DNA of 64,000 nt from Pirellulales bacterium (GTDB taxonomy: Bacteria > Planctomycetota > Planctomycetia > Pirellulales > JALHPA01), in assembly GCA_963829655.1 (NCBI GenBank), contig CAWHJG010000002.1:5330786-5394785 (forward strand), given 5' to 3'. The notes under the pieces are model-generated. The model was not told the origin of the DNA. It ran no database searches and saw only the letters and a list, made by a program, of their open reading frames with translations. Made by a program: the position numbers and the translations under genes. Below, piece after piece: positions 29,862-39,810 of the stretch; position 1 is the first letter of the stretch, and every line of letters starts with the position of its first letter.

Positions 29862-31310
29862 TCAGTCTCGCGGCTTTTTGGCGAAGCAGTACAACGCCGC
29901 TTCGGTGCGAATGAACAACTGACCGTGGTCGATCACCGGGGTGGCCACCGATCGCTCCGCAAAGTCGTGCGAGTGGAGCACTGCCCACTTGCCGGCGGCC
30001 TTGAGCACCGTCAGCACACCCTGCTCGCTGAGCAGGTAGACCATACTGTCGCCCGCCACCGGCGATGCATAATAGGAGCCCGTTCCCGACACGCGCGCCT
30101 GTTTCTGCAAGTCGCCAGACTTTGCATCGAGCGACGTGACGATGCCGCCGTCTTTGACTACGTACACGCTGTTTCGGTAAACCACTGGGCTGGCGACATA
30201 GGGAACGCCGCGGTCGTACTGCCAAACGACTTGCGGCGTGGAGTCTGCGTCACCGAGCTCCAAGGCCATCACCGAATTGCGCGCCACGTCGAACACGCGG
30301 CCGTATCGCGTCCACTCGGATTCGTCGATGCCCTGATCTTGGTTGATATCGATGCGGAAGAATCGGTCGAGCACGTCCTTGTTGTCGGTTTCGGCGCGGG
30401 CAATGCGACCATCGCCGTTGGCGTCCCACTTCCGCGCCGCCTGAAACCAGGGGTCCATCGCAATCCGTCCTTCCCTGTCGGCGCCCGGCGACCAGGTGGC
30501 GACGAACAAGCGATTGCCCTCTGCAACCGGTGTGGTATTGACGATCCGGGCCAGCCCGTCGATCGTCCAAAGCAGTTTGCCGGATTCCAAGTCGTAACCA
30601 GATAACTGCAGCGCCCCTGCGACCACGGCGATCTTTCGACCGGCGATCGTCCAAATCGTGGGCGTCGAATAGCTCCGCAGTCCCTCGCGCGGCGTCTTCC
30701 AAAGTGGTTCGCCGGTCGTCGCGTCGAGGCACAGCAGAAAGCTGTCGGCATCGTGATCCTCGGCCAACAGCAACTTTCCATCAACAAGCACCGGCGAGCT
30801 GGCCGCGCCAAATTCGTCTTGGAATGGGCCAAGCGGCTTCGACCACAGCAGGTCGCCGCCCAGGTCGTAGCACAGCAGTCCATAGCTGCCGAAGAACGAA
30901 TACAGTCGCGTTCCATCGCACGCGGGTGTGGCGGCCGCCGGACCACCGGTTGCGTGGGTGGGCTCGATTCGCGTATTGGGCGCTGCTTGGCTCCAAAGTC
31001 GTTTGCCTGTCGCGCGATCGAGCGCCAGCGTGAAGAGCGTGCCGTCCTCGTACGTGGTTAGGTAAATGGCGTCGCCATAAACGCACGGTGTGGAGTGACC
31101 TTTGGCGAGCGGCATTCGCCAGACCAGTTGCGAAGAGTCGTCGAATCGATCCGGCAAGGTCGTCGCGCTGCCAATGCCGAGGCCGGAGTCGGAACGGAAG
31201 TAGCGGAGCTCATCGGCACGTGCGGCGAACGCAAGAGAGAATGCCGAAATGAGCCCTACGGTGCCGACAATCAGATTTCGCATGCGGACAACTCTCCTTA
31301 TCGCGTGCAA
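29862..31310 (-). CDS. PQQ-like beta-propeller repeat protein with EF-hand-like loops
   Basis: Signal peptide and repeated ...G..LW... propeller blades. Calcium-loop-like DANGDGRIARAETD and DINQDQGIDESEW. Confidence 0.8.
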   Translation of the reverse strand: MHAIRRVVRMRNLIVGTVGLISAFSLAFAARADELRYFRSDSGLGIGSATTLPDRFDDSSQLVWRMPLAKGHSTPCVYGDAIYLTTYEDGTLFTLALDRATGKRLWSQAAPNTRIEPTHATGGPAAATPACDGTRLYSFFGSYGLLCYDLGGDLLWSKPLGPFQDEFGAASSPVLVDGKLLLAEDHDADSFLLCLDATTGEPLWKTPREGLRSYSTPTIWTIAGRKIAVVAGALQLSGYDLESGKLLWTIDGLARIVNTTPVAEGNRLFVATWSPGADREGRIAMDPWFQAARKWDANGDGRIARAETDNKDVLDRFFRIDINQDQGIDESEWTRYGRVFDVARNSVMALELGDADSTPQVVWQYDRGVPYVASPVVYRNSVYVVKDGGIVTSLDAKSGDLQKQARVSGTGSYYASPVAGDSMVYLLSEQGVLTVLKAAGKWAVLHSHDFAERSVATPVIDHGQLFIRTEAALYCFAKKPRD

Positions 31311-31465
31311 TTGTAGCCGGGATTTTGGCTATTTGTCGAAGCACGGCTTTGGCGCCCCGTTTATCGCCAATTCACAGTCGCAACGGTTATACTCAAATCA
31401 AGCCGCAGATCGCAAAACCTCGCCTCGCTTGACACCGTTTTACCACCCTGCCCTGCACCGCTCGT

Positions 31466-34400
31466 ATGCCATTCGCAGCACGAATACGCCACAGGCAGCT
31501 TCGACTCGCTGCCGTCGCGCCGTGGTATTTTGCCACCTTCGGCGTCGGTGCATTGGTTTGGACCGTGATCTCGGCCGCTGACGCGGTCGAACCGCAAGTG
31601 GTCGAAAAAGTCTCACGCGTCCCTGACGCTGAACGCAAGTTTTCTCTGGAAGAAATTGAGTTTTTTGAGAAGCACGTGCGGCCGTTGTTGGTGAAGCGAT
31701 GCCATGAGTGCCACGCTAACAAGGAGGAGCCCGAAGGGGGGCTGCGCCTGGATTCGCGCGAACGCCTTTTGAAAGGCGGCGACACAGGCCCGGCCATTGT
31801 TCCAGGAAAACCAAAGAGCAGCTTGTTGATCGGTGCAATCAACTACGGCGAGCTGTTTCAGATGCCGCCAAAAACCAAGCTGCCCGCCGAGGAAATTTCG
31901 ACTCTGACAAAATGGGTCGAGATGGGGGCGCCGTGGCCGCTCGAAAAGACAATTGAACCAACGAGCTACGAAAAAGCATTCGACCTGTACGAGCGCAAGG
32001 CAGCGCATTGGGCGTGGCAGCCGATTATCGCAGCGCCCGAGCCGCCGCGGACCAAGAATAACGACTGGCCCGCGGGCAACATCGACCGCTTCATCCTTGC
32101 GCGGCTGGAAGCGGAAGACGTATCGCCGGCGGCAAGTGCGGACCGGCACGCGCTCATCAGACGAGTTTACTTTGACCTCGTCGGGCTGCCGCCGCCGCCC
32201 GAGGCTGTGGTGCGATTCATTCTTGACTCCTCGCCTCAGGCACTTGAGAACCTTGTCGATCGGTTGCTCGCGTCGCCGCGATTTGGCGAACGCTGGGTGC
32301 GCCATTGGCTCGATCTGGTGCGGTACGCCGAGACAGTCGGGCACGAGTTCGACTATCCGATCGAGCATGCCTGGCAATATCGCGACTACGTGATCCGGGC
32401 GCTCAACAAGGATGTGCCCTACGACCAATTCATTACGGAGCAGATCGCCGGCGACCTGGTGCAGGACCCGCGTTTGCACCTAACAGAGAAGTTCAACGAG
32501 TCGATCATTGGAACCGGGTTCTGGTTCTTTGGAGAGCAAGTGCACGCGCCGGTGGATGTGCTGCAACACGAGGCGGACCGGGTGGACAACCAGATCGACG
32601 TATTGGGTAAGGCGGTGCTGGGACTGACGATCGGCTGTGCCCGCTGCCACGACCACAAGTTCGACGCGATCTCGACTCGCGATGTGTATGCACTGTGGGG
32701 AATTGCCAAGAGCACGAGGCCGCAAACGGCATATCTCGATCCTCACGCCAAGATTGGGGAGGCTAAGAATCACCTCGCTGCTGGCCGCGCCGAGGCCGAC
32801 GCACAATTCAACGCGCGGCTTCGAGAAGCCCGCTGGCTCTCGGCGGAGGAGTTCGCGGCTGGACTGTTGAACGCGGCGCCCGCGCCCTGGCAGGCGGCGC
32901 TCGACGACAAAACGACCTCGAAGCCAGGCCATCCGTTGTGGGGCTGGCAACGATTGAGCGGAATCGGCGATGGCGAATTCGCTCAAACCCGTGAGAAGCT
33001 TGTCACGGAAATCGACGGGAATGTAAAGCATGCCGGCCAGCGGGACACCAACGAATTGTTCGCCGAGTTTTCGGACGAAAGTTTCGGTAACTGGTTTCGC
33101 ACCGGTCATGCTTTCAGCGAGCGGCCGACTAAAAAGGGTCAATGGGACTGGCGCAGCACCCTGCCCCGCGCATTGCCGCCCGGCGTCGCACATAGCGGCC
33201 TGAACTCCCATCGGCTTTGCGGCGCGATCCGTTCCAAGTCGTTCACGATTTCCCGGGGACGGATTTTCTATCGCGTGGCGGGCAAGAACGCTCAAATTCG
33301 GTTGGTGATTCATGGCTACCGGATGAATGACTTCCACACTCTGCTGTTTAGCGACTGTGCTCTGAAAGTAGACAACGAGCAATTCGTGTGGCGCGAACAG
33401 GCAGGCGATCTGCCGAACCACGTCGGCAAGCGGGCACACATCGAGTTTGTGGACGACGGAGATGGCTGGATAGCAATCGACGAGATTCGCTTCGCCGACG
33501 CCGGCTGGAAACCACCGGACGAGCTGAGCACTGTCGCCGCGAAAGTGCTCAACGCAGGTGAGAATGAGTCGCGTGAGAAGCTCGCGCACGCGTACGGCCG
33601 GGTTTGGCAGAACGCGGTGGACCGTTGGAAAGCAGGTACCGCGGATGGCGCGGAAACTGAGCTGATTGAGTGGGCGATTGAAAATGGGTTGGCGTTCGCG
33701 GATCAAGAAATAGCCGATTCGATCAAGACGGATTACAAAGACAAGGCAGCGGAGCTTAGTGAGCTGGCCGCCAAGGTTCCGGCGCCGATGCGTGTCTTGG
33801 CGGCAGCGGATGGGGATGGAACCGACGATCGGATACACATCCGGGGTAATCATCGGACGCTTGGCGATGTCGCGCCGCGGCGATTCCTCGAAGCGATTGC
33901 CGGCGCGGATCAGCCGGACATCTCGACGGCCGCCGGCAGCGGACGCCTGGAGCTGGCACGGCGCATTACCGGACCTGACAACCCGTTGTTTGCGCGCGTG
34001 GCGGTCAACCGCGTGTGGCATCACCTTTTCGGCCGGGGGATTGTCAGCTCGACGGACAACTTCGGCGTGTTGGGCGAGCGGCCGACGCACCCGGAGTTGC
34101 TCGATCATTTAGCCCAGCAATTCATTGAGGACGGTTACTCGTTGAAGCGATTGATCCGGACCATTGTGTTGTCGCGCACCTATCAGATGGCGAGCCGCGG
34201 CGACGCAAGCGCGAGCGAAAAGGATTCCGCAAATCGCTTGTTCCACCGGCAAAACGTTCGGCGGCTGGAGGGGGAAGCGATACGTGACGCAATGTTGGCC
34301 GTCTCCGGGCGGCTCGACGACACGATGCACGGCCCGCCGGTGAAAGTGCATCTGAGTGAGTTCATGGTGGGGCTCGGCCGCCCGAATGAATCGGGACCTC

Positions 34401-34822
34401 TCGACGGCAATGGGCGGCGAAGCATTTATCTCGAAGTGCGGCGAAACTTTCCGCCGCCGATGCTGGTGGCGTTCGACACGCCGACGCCATTGGGGACTGT
34501 GGGTCGGCGCAACGTGTCGAACGTTCCGGCGCAGGCGCTGATGTTGATGAACGACGCGTTTGTTTCCGAGCAGGCGGGGCGCTGGGCAGATCGATTGATG
34601 AAGGATTCTGGCAGTGGCGTGGAAGCAACGATCGCGGCAGCGTATCGACAGGCATTTTCGCGAGAGCCAAGCGACGGGGAAGCAGTAACGGCGCTGGAGT
34701 TTCTGCGGCAGCAGGAAACAGCGCACGGCCACCAATCGAACGACGGGCAGTTTTCGCAACAGGCTTGGCGTGATCTTTGTCACGCATTACTAAACGCCAA
34801 AGAATTCGTGTTTGTATATTGA
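31466..34822 (+). CDS. PSCyt1/DUF1549/DUF1553 protein (planctomycete cytochrome-c-domain family)
   Basis: CHECH heme motif (LLVKRCHECHANK), DUF1549-like RRVYFDLVGLPPPPE and DUF1553-like RCHDHKFDAIS...NRVWHHLFGRGIV...LLNAKEFVFVY. The 1,118-codon ORF is intact. Confidence 0.9.
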   Translation: MPFAARIRHRQLRLAAVAPWYFATFGVGALVWTVISAADAVEPQVVEKVSRVPDAERKFSLEEIEFFEKHVRPLLVKRCHECHANKEEPEGGLRLDSRERLLKGGDTGPAIVPGKPKSSLLIGAINYGELFQMPPKTKLPAEEISTLTKWVEMGAPWPLEKTIEPTSYEKAFDLYERKAAHWAWQPIIAAPEPPRTKNNDWPAGNIDRFILARLEAEDVSPAASADRHALIRRVYFDLVGLPPPPEAVVRFILDSSPQALENLVDRLLASPRFGERWVRHWLDLVRYAETVGHEFDYPIEHAWQYRDYVIRALNKDVPYDQFITEQIAGDLVQDPRLHLTEKFNESIIGTGFWFFGEQVHAPVDVLQHEADRVDNQIDVLGKAVLGLTIGCARCHDHKFDAISTRDVYALWGIAKSTRPQTAYLDPHAKIGEAKNHLAAGRAEADAQFNARLREARWLSAEEFAAGLLNAAPAPWQAALDDKTTSKPGHPLWGWQRLSGIGDGEFAQTREKLVTEIDGNVKHAGQRDTNELFAEFSDESFGNWFRTGHAFSERPTKKGQWDWRSTLPRALPPGVAHSGLNSHRLCGAIRSKSFTISRGRIFYRVAGKNAQIRLVIHGYRMNDFHTLLFSDCALKVDNEQFVWREQAGDLPNHVGKRAHIEFVDDGDGWIAIDEIRFADAGWKPPDELSTVAAKVLNAGENESREKLAHAYGRVWQNAVDRWKAGTADGAETELIEWAIENGLAFADQEIADSIKTDYKDKAAELSELAAKVPAPMRVLAAADGDGTDDRIHIRGNHRTLGDVAPRRFLEAIAGADQPDISTAAGSGRLELARRITGPDNPLFARVAVNRVWHHLFGRGIVSSTDNFGVLGERPTHPELLDHLAQQFIEDGYSLKRLIRTIVLSRTYQMASRGDASASEKDSANRLFHRQNVRRLEGEAIRDAMLAVSGRLDDTMHGPPVKVHLSEFMVGLGRPNESGPLDGNGRRSIYLEVRRNFPPPMLVAFDTPTPLGTVGRRNVSNVPAQALMLMNDAFVSEQAGRWADRLMKDSGSGVEATIAAAYRQAFSREPSDGEAVTALEFLRQQETAHGHQSNDGQFSQQAWRDLCHALLNAKEFVFVY

Positions 34823-34829
34823 GGTCTGC

Positions 34830-36235
34830 ATGAGCAGCTCCTGCTGCGGACGGTATCTGAACCCGCTCAACCGCCGCGAGATGCTCGCCCGGTGCGCCAA
34901 CGGCTTCGGCGCGTGGTGCTGTCGGCGCTGTGGGCGGGCGGAAAGTCGAGTTCCGCAACCACGCATCACTCTGCAAAAGCCACAAACGTCATTTTCCTGT
35001 ACATGGACGGTGGCCCGTCGCAGATGGATACGTTTGACCCCAAGCCGCGGTTGAACGCCGAGCACGGCAAGCCGTTTGCCATGACCATCGAGCCGACGCA
35101 ATTCAACAACAATGGCTCGACGTTCGGCTGCCCCTGGAAATTCAACCAATATGGCCAGAGCGGCGCGTGGGTGAGCGATCTGTTCCCGCATGTGGCACAG
35201 TGCGTGGACGACATGGCGATCGTGCGCTCGATGACCTCGAACTTTTCGGAGCACACGACGGCCAACTATTTCCTGCACAGCGGCAGCGGTTTGCAAGGCC
35301 GGCCGTCGATGGGCGCGTGGGTGAGCTACGGTCTCGGGAGCGAGTGCGACAACCTGCCGGGGTTTGTCGTGCTCAACGGCGGCCTCGCGCCGCCGGGCGG
35401 ATTGGACAATTTTGGAAACGGATTTCTGCCTGCAACTTACCAGGGATCGCTATTTCAACCGAAAGGCGAAGCGGTCGCCAACACACGGCCGCGGGAATCG
35501 AAGGCGGTGATCCAGCGAAACAAGCGGGGGTTGATCGCGTCGCTCGACGAGGGTTTTTCGCAGCGGCTGGGGGAGCCGGACGAAGTTGAAAGCGCGGTCG
35601 CCAATGCCGAGCTCGCGTTTCGGATGCAGGCCGCCGTGCCCGAGCTGGTGGACCTGAGCGGAGAGACAACGGCGACCACTCGTGCGTACGGCATGGAAGC
35701 AGAGTTCGAGCCGACGCGGATTTTTGCCGCCGAATGTCTGTTGGCCCGGCGGCTAGTCGAACGCGGCGTACGGTTTGTCGAGCTGACCTGCCCCAAGGTC
35801 AAGGGCGCCGATCGCTGGGACGCGCACAGCGGCCTCAAACAAAACCATCAGGACAACGCGCGGGCGGTCGACCAGCCGATCGCGGCACTCTTGCGCGATC
35901 TGAAGCAGCGCGGACTGTTGGATTCGACCTTGGTGTTGTGGGCGGGCGAGTTCGGCCGCACGCCGTTTGCGCAGGGTAGCGACGGGCGCGATCACGACCC
36001 GTTCGCGTTTACAGTTTGGCTTGCCGGCGGCGGCGCGCGTGGCGGCACGGTCTATGGCGCGACCGACGAGTACGGCTACAAGGTGATTGAGAACCGGCTG
36101 ACGATGCACGACCTTCACGCGACCGTGTTGCATTTGCTTGGTGTTGATCACAAGCGGCTCACGTTCCGCTTCGGCGGCCGCGACATGCGCCTGACCGATG
36201 TGCATGGGGAAGTGGTGCGAGAGATCCTTGCATAG
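34830..36235 (+). CDS. DUF1501 (sulfatase-fold) protein with a Tat-like N-terminus; 1 frameshift near 34905
   Basis: LNRREMLARCANGFGA, then (after the shift) NVIFLYMDGGPSQMDTFDPKP...GRDHDPFAFTVWLAGGG...HDLHATVLHLLG. This is the canonical partner of DUF1553 genes. Confidence 0.9.
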
Positions 36236-36255
36236 GTCAGGCACCCGTGCCTGAC
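36236..36255. repeat. Palindromic element GTCAGGCAC-CC-GTGCCTGAC directly after the DUF1501 stop
   Basis: Nine-nt arms. The same arms recur at 36854-36881 and 37301-37328. Confidence 0.8.
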
Positions 36256-36382
36256 GATCAGCGTATATCATTGGCTTCGCCAATGTCGGGTGCCTGTGTT
36301 TTGCAAGCTAAACACAGTCATATACCGGTCTCCCCCGCTACAATCTGGTCCTCGTCACTCGCGTCCTCGCTAGGAGCTGCCC

Positions 36383-36799
36383 ATGCCCGACCTCGCCCTC
36401 GACGACCCGCGTCTCGCCACCTTTGGCCAACTCGGCTTTGACCGCTCGCTCGCCGGCATGACGATCGACATCGTGGAGCCCGGGCGCGCGGTGGTCCGGC
36501 TGCCCGTGACCGAGGCCGTCTGCAATCCCGGCGGCACCCTGCATGGCGGTGCGATCGCCACGCTCGTTGACGACGCCGGCACGATCGCCCTCATGACGAC
36601 CGACGCGGAGTCCCGCCCCGGCGTAACCACCGACCTCACGGTCTCCTACCTCTCCGCCGCGTCCAAAGGCGATGTCGTTCTGGCCGAAGCCCGCACCCTC
36701 AAGGCCGGCCGCACCCTGGCCTTCGTCGAGGTCGCGATCAAGGGCGCGAACGGAAAATTCATCGGGCACGGCCGCATGACAAAGTTCATGGGCCGCTGA
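36383..36799 (+). CDS. PaaI-family hotdog-fold thioesterase
   Basis: NPGGTLHGGAIATLVDDAG...VTTDLTVSYLSAA...AGRTLAFVEVAI. Confidence 0.85.
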   Translation: MPDLALDDPRLATFGQLGFDRSLAGMTIDIVEPGRAVVRLPVTEAVCNPGGTLHGGAIATLVDDAGTIALMTTDAESRPGVTTDLTVSYLSAASKGDVVLAEARTLKAGRTLAFVEVAIKGANGKFIGHGRMTKFMGR

Positions 36800-36853
36800 C
36801 CCGTGCGCCTGCCACGGCCGCATCGGCCGAGCCGGTTGGGAACAGTTTACGCC

Positions 36854-36881
36854 TGTCAGGCACGCGGCGTGCCTGACCTAC
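36854..36881. repeat. 28-bp repeat with a palindromic core (copy 1)
   Basis: tgtcaggcacgcggcgtgcctgacctac, identical to 37301-37328. Confidence 0.9.
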
Positions 36882-36884
36882 CTT

Positions 36885-37226
36885 TCAGTCATCGTCCAAT
36901 TGTTGAGAGAGGCTTTTTGGCGCAGTGCTTCGCCAGGCGGAGGTAATCGCCTCGCGGACGATCGGCTTTTTTGCCTTGCGAAGGGGGACCATCGTGCAGC
37001 CGCGACGACCCCAGGCGCCGCTGGCGGGACAGAACGCAGCCGGGTCCGCCTGGATGAACGACGCTTGCTCCTCGGGCGTGAGCTTGACCATGCCCGAGTC
37101 TTCGTCCGGCCACCCGAGCGACGCGAAGATTTTTCCGCGCACACGGAAGTCTGGGTGGCCCATGTGCGAGTTTTCCGACGTTTCGGGAAAACCGAGAGCG
37201 AGTTTGCGAAAGTCGGAGGAGGTCAT
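36885..37226 (-). CDS. MmcQ/YjbR family protein
   Basis: MTSSDFRKLALGFPETSENSHMGHPDFRVRGKIFASLGWP...MVKLTPEEQ. The ORF is open to 37337, but that extension reads through the 28-bp repeat. Confidence 0.8.
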   Translation of the reverse strand: MTSSDFRKLALGFPETSENSHMGHPDFRVRGKIFASLGWPDEDSGMVKLTPEEQASFIQADPAAFCPASGAWGRRGCTMVPLRKAKKPIVREAITSAWRSTAPKSLSQQLDDD

Positions 37227-37300
37227 GGGTGGCGGACCTACTGCGTCAGTCGTTTCGCGCAGTATATCACTGGCAAGCCAAGTGGCACACGTACGGCAAT

Positions 37301-37328
37301 TGTCAGGCACGCGGCGTGCCTGACCTAC
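37301..37328. repeat. 28-bp repeat with a palindromic core (copy 2)
   Basis: tgtcaggcacgcggcgtgcctgacctac, in the same orientation as copy 1. Confidence 0.9.
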
Positions 37329-37333
37329 AGATA

Positions 37334-38212
37334 TCACCAGCGCCTTTGCGGCCTGCTGGTTGAGGAACTCAGAAGGCGGCCGTAGCCGAGCTCGGCGGTG
37401 GCGTCGGTGAGCCGAAGCGTGTGCTTCGTGCCGCCGAGCGACGAGTATTCCATCACTAGCTCGTCGAAGAATTGGCTGGTGGAGCTGCCGTGGAGTGCGG
37501 ACACGGCGTGCTCGACCACAACCGTCTGATTGTCGCGGGTTATGCGAGCGACGATTCCGGGTTGCGAGTCGAACCAGTCTTGCAACGCCTGGTCGGTGGC
37601 CGGCAGCGCGGCGAAGTCGAGGCGAAGCGTCATGGTGTTGGTCGCGTTGGCGAGCCGGAAGCCGAGCCAGCCGACAAGAGCGGCCCAGACTAGCAGCACC
37701 GCAATCGGCCGGATGCGGGCGAATGTTGGCTGCAAATCGGAATCAGAGCGCCGGGACTTATCGAGCAAGTGCCGAACTCCGAGCCACGGGAACAGGGCGA
37801 TGACCAAGATGATGCCCATCAACAGCGAGACCATCGCAAAAGCCAGCCAGTTTTCGCCGAGGTTTTCCGGCGTAAAAAAGTCGGCCTCCATCGACGCCAC
37901 GGACCAGGCGATGAAGGAAGTGATCATCGCCATCAGGCTGAGGACGAAACCGGTGGCGAAGGCATAACCGGAGGTGAGGGTGCTTCGTTTGATTGCGTCG
38001 TCGATCTCGGCCTGCGACCGCGTGGCGAGCTTTTCGAAGACGGGGCCGACCATGCCGAGCATGAGGCTCGGGATCAGCAAGAAGTAGGCGAAGACTCCGA
38101 AGGCGATCATCCACGACGAGCGGTCGTCGGGTTCGACGAGAACCCAATGGATGAACCCGAGGCCGAACAGGATGTACCAGCCGCCGAAGTAACCGGCGTA
38201 GAGCCAGTTCAT
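37334..38212 (-). CDS. Hypothetical multi-pass membrane protein
   Basis: 292-aa ORF with about 6 hydrophobic helices in the first 200 aa and a soluble C-terminal part. No family recognised. Confidence 0.55.
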   Translation of the reverse strand: MNWLYAGYFGGWYILFGLGFIHWVLVEPDDRSSWMIAFGVFAYFLLIPSLMLGMVGPVFEKLATRSQAEIDDAIKRSTLTSGYAFATGFVLSLMAMITSFIAWSVASMEADFFTPENLGENWLAFAMVSLLMGIILVIALFPWLGVRHLLDKSRRSDSDLQPTFARIRPIAVLLVWAALVGWLGFRLANATNTMTLRLDFAALPATDQALQDWFDSQPGIVARITRDNQTVVVEHAVSALHGSSTSQFFDELVMEYSSLGGTKHTLRLTDATAELGYGRLLSSSTSRPQRRW

Positions 38213-38387
38213 GGAGTGAAATCCGAATGACGAAGTTCAGGTCAATCAAGTTTAGGTCACGGAGGAAACTGCTTGCCTTGGTGACTGCGGCGGGTCACAA
38301 TTTTTGAGCAGGTTCTAACTGGGCGGCAGCCGGGACGGCTGCACCACAAAGCCAGCCGAGACGGCTGCATTACAAGTTGAGGTAAGC

Positions 38388-39772
38388 ATGGCGTCGTTTG
38401 GGGTTTCTCGTCGCAGGTTCCTTGCGACCAGCGCCGCAGCGGCAAGCGCCGCGACGCTGACCGCGGCCAGCTACGCGCGAGTGATTGGGGCGAACGAGCG
38501 AATCGGCGTGGGGTTTATCGGGTACGGACTGATTGGGAAGCGGCACGTGCAGGATTTTCAGGCGCAGGAGGATGCGGCGCTTGTGGCGATGGCGGAGACG
38601 CATCGCGGACGGCTGGATGAGGCCGTGGCGACGATCGGCAGCTCCTGTCAGAGCTATTCAGATTTTCGCAAACTGCTGGACAACCGCGACGTGGATTCCG
38701 TCGTCGTTTCGACGCCGGATCACTGGCACGCGCTGTTGACGATGATGGCGTGTGCGGCCGGCAAAGATGTTTATGTGGAGAAGCCGCTGACGCTGTTCGC
38801 CGCCGAAGGAAGGTGGATGATCGACGTGGCGAAGCGCCACGGGCGCGTGGTGCAGGTCGGGACCCAGCAGCGCTCGGGAACACACTATCAACGGGCGCGC
38901 GAGCTGATACAGCAAGGCGCAATTGGAAAAATTGTTTCAGTGAGAATGGAAGCGGCGCGGAATATTCTGCCGGGCTACGGAGCGCCGGCGGATGGAAACC
39001 CGCCTCCGGAAATCGATTGGGAAATGTGGCAAGGACCGGCGCCGTTGCGAGCGTATAACCCGCAGCGGTGCATCTATCATTTTCGGTGGTTCTGGGATTA
39101 TTCGGGGGGGCAGATCACGAACCTGGGACAACATTCGCTCGATATTGTGGACTGGTGCGTCGGTTTGGGTTCGCTGAGGTCGGTAGTGAGCGGCGGTGGT
39201 CGATTTCATTTGAAGGACAACGGAGAGACGCCGGACACGCAGGACGCGATTTTTGAGTGCGACGGCTGGACGGCGACGTGGTCGCATCGTGAGACGGCGC
39301 GGGGGCAAACGCCGCAGTATGGCCTCGAGTTCTATGGCACTAAGGGGAGTTTGGGGATTTCGCGCCGAGGGTTCCGGATTCTGCCTGATGCCATGGTGCC
39401 TCCGGATGAGACGATACCCAGCTTCACCGGCGATGCGTGCGCAGCGCGACCCTGAGGCGGTTCTGGCGGGTCGCAAGCTGCGCACTGAACGAGTCGAGGA
39501 CCGCAGCGGCGATCAGCGCGAGCAGTTTCGGGAGCATGCGCGGAATTTTCTGGATTGTGTGAAGTCGCGGGCGTACGCCGATCTCGGACTTGGAGAGCGG
39601 TCATCGCGTGGCGGCGGCGTGCCATCTGGCGAACTTGTCGCTGCGGCTGGGGCGGAAGGTGCGTTGGGATGCCGAGCGCGAGACGATTGTCGGCGACGCG
39701 GAGGCCGCGCGGATGCTGGTTCGCGAGTATCGGGCGCCGTGGGATCGAGAGTTGAAGGCGGTGGTTTCGTAG
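38388..39772 (+). CDS. Gfo/Idh/MocA family oxidoreductase with a Tat signal (2 frameshifts in the 3' third)
   Basis: [42 protein letters not shown] and DVYVEKP. The C-terminus was reconstructed as ...NFLDCVKSR...[27 protein letters not shown]...YRAPWD. Confidence 0.85.
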
Positions 39773-39810
39773 GGTTCAGGATTCAGAAAAGGCAGCCAGG
39801 CGAGCGCGAT

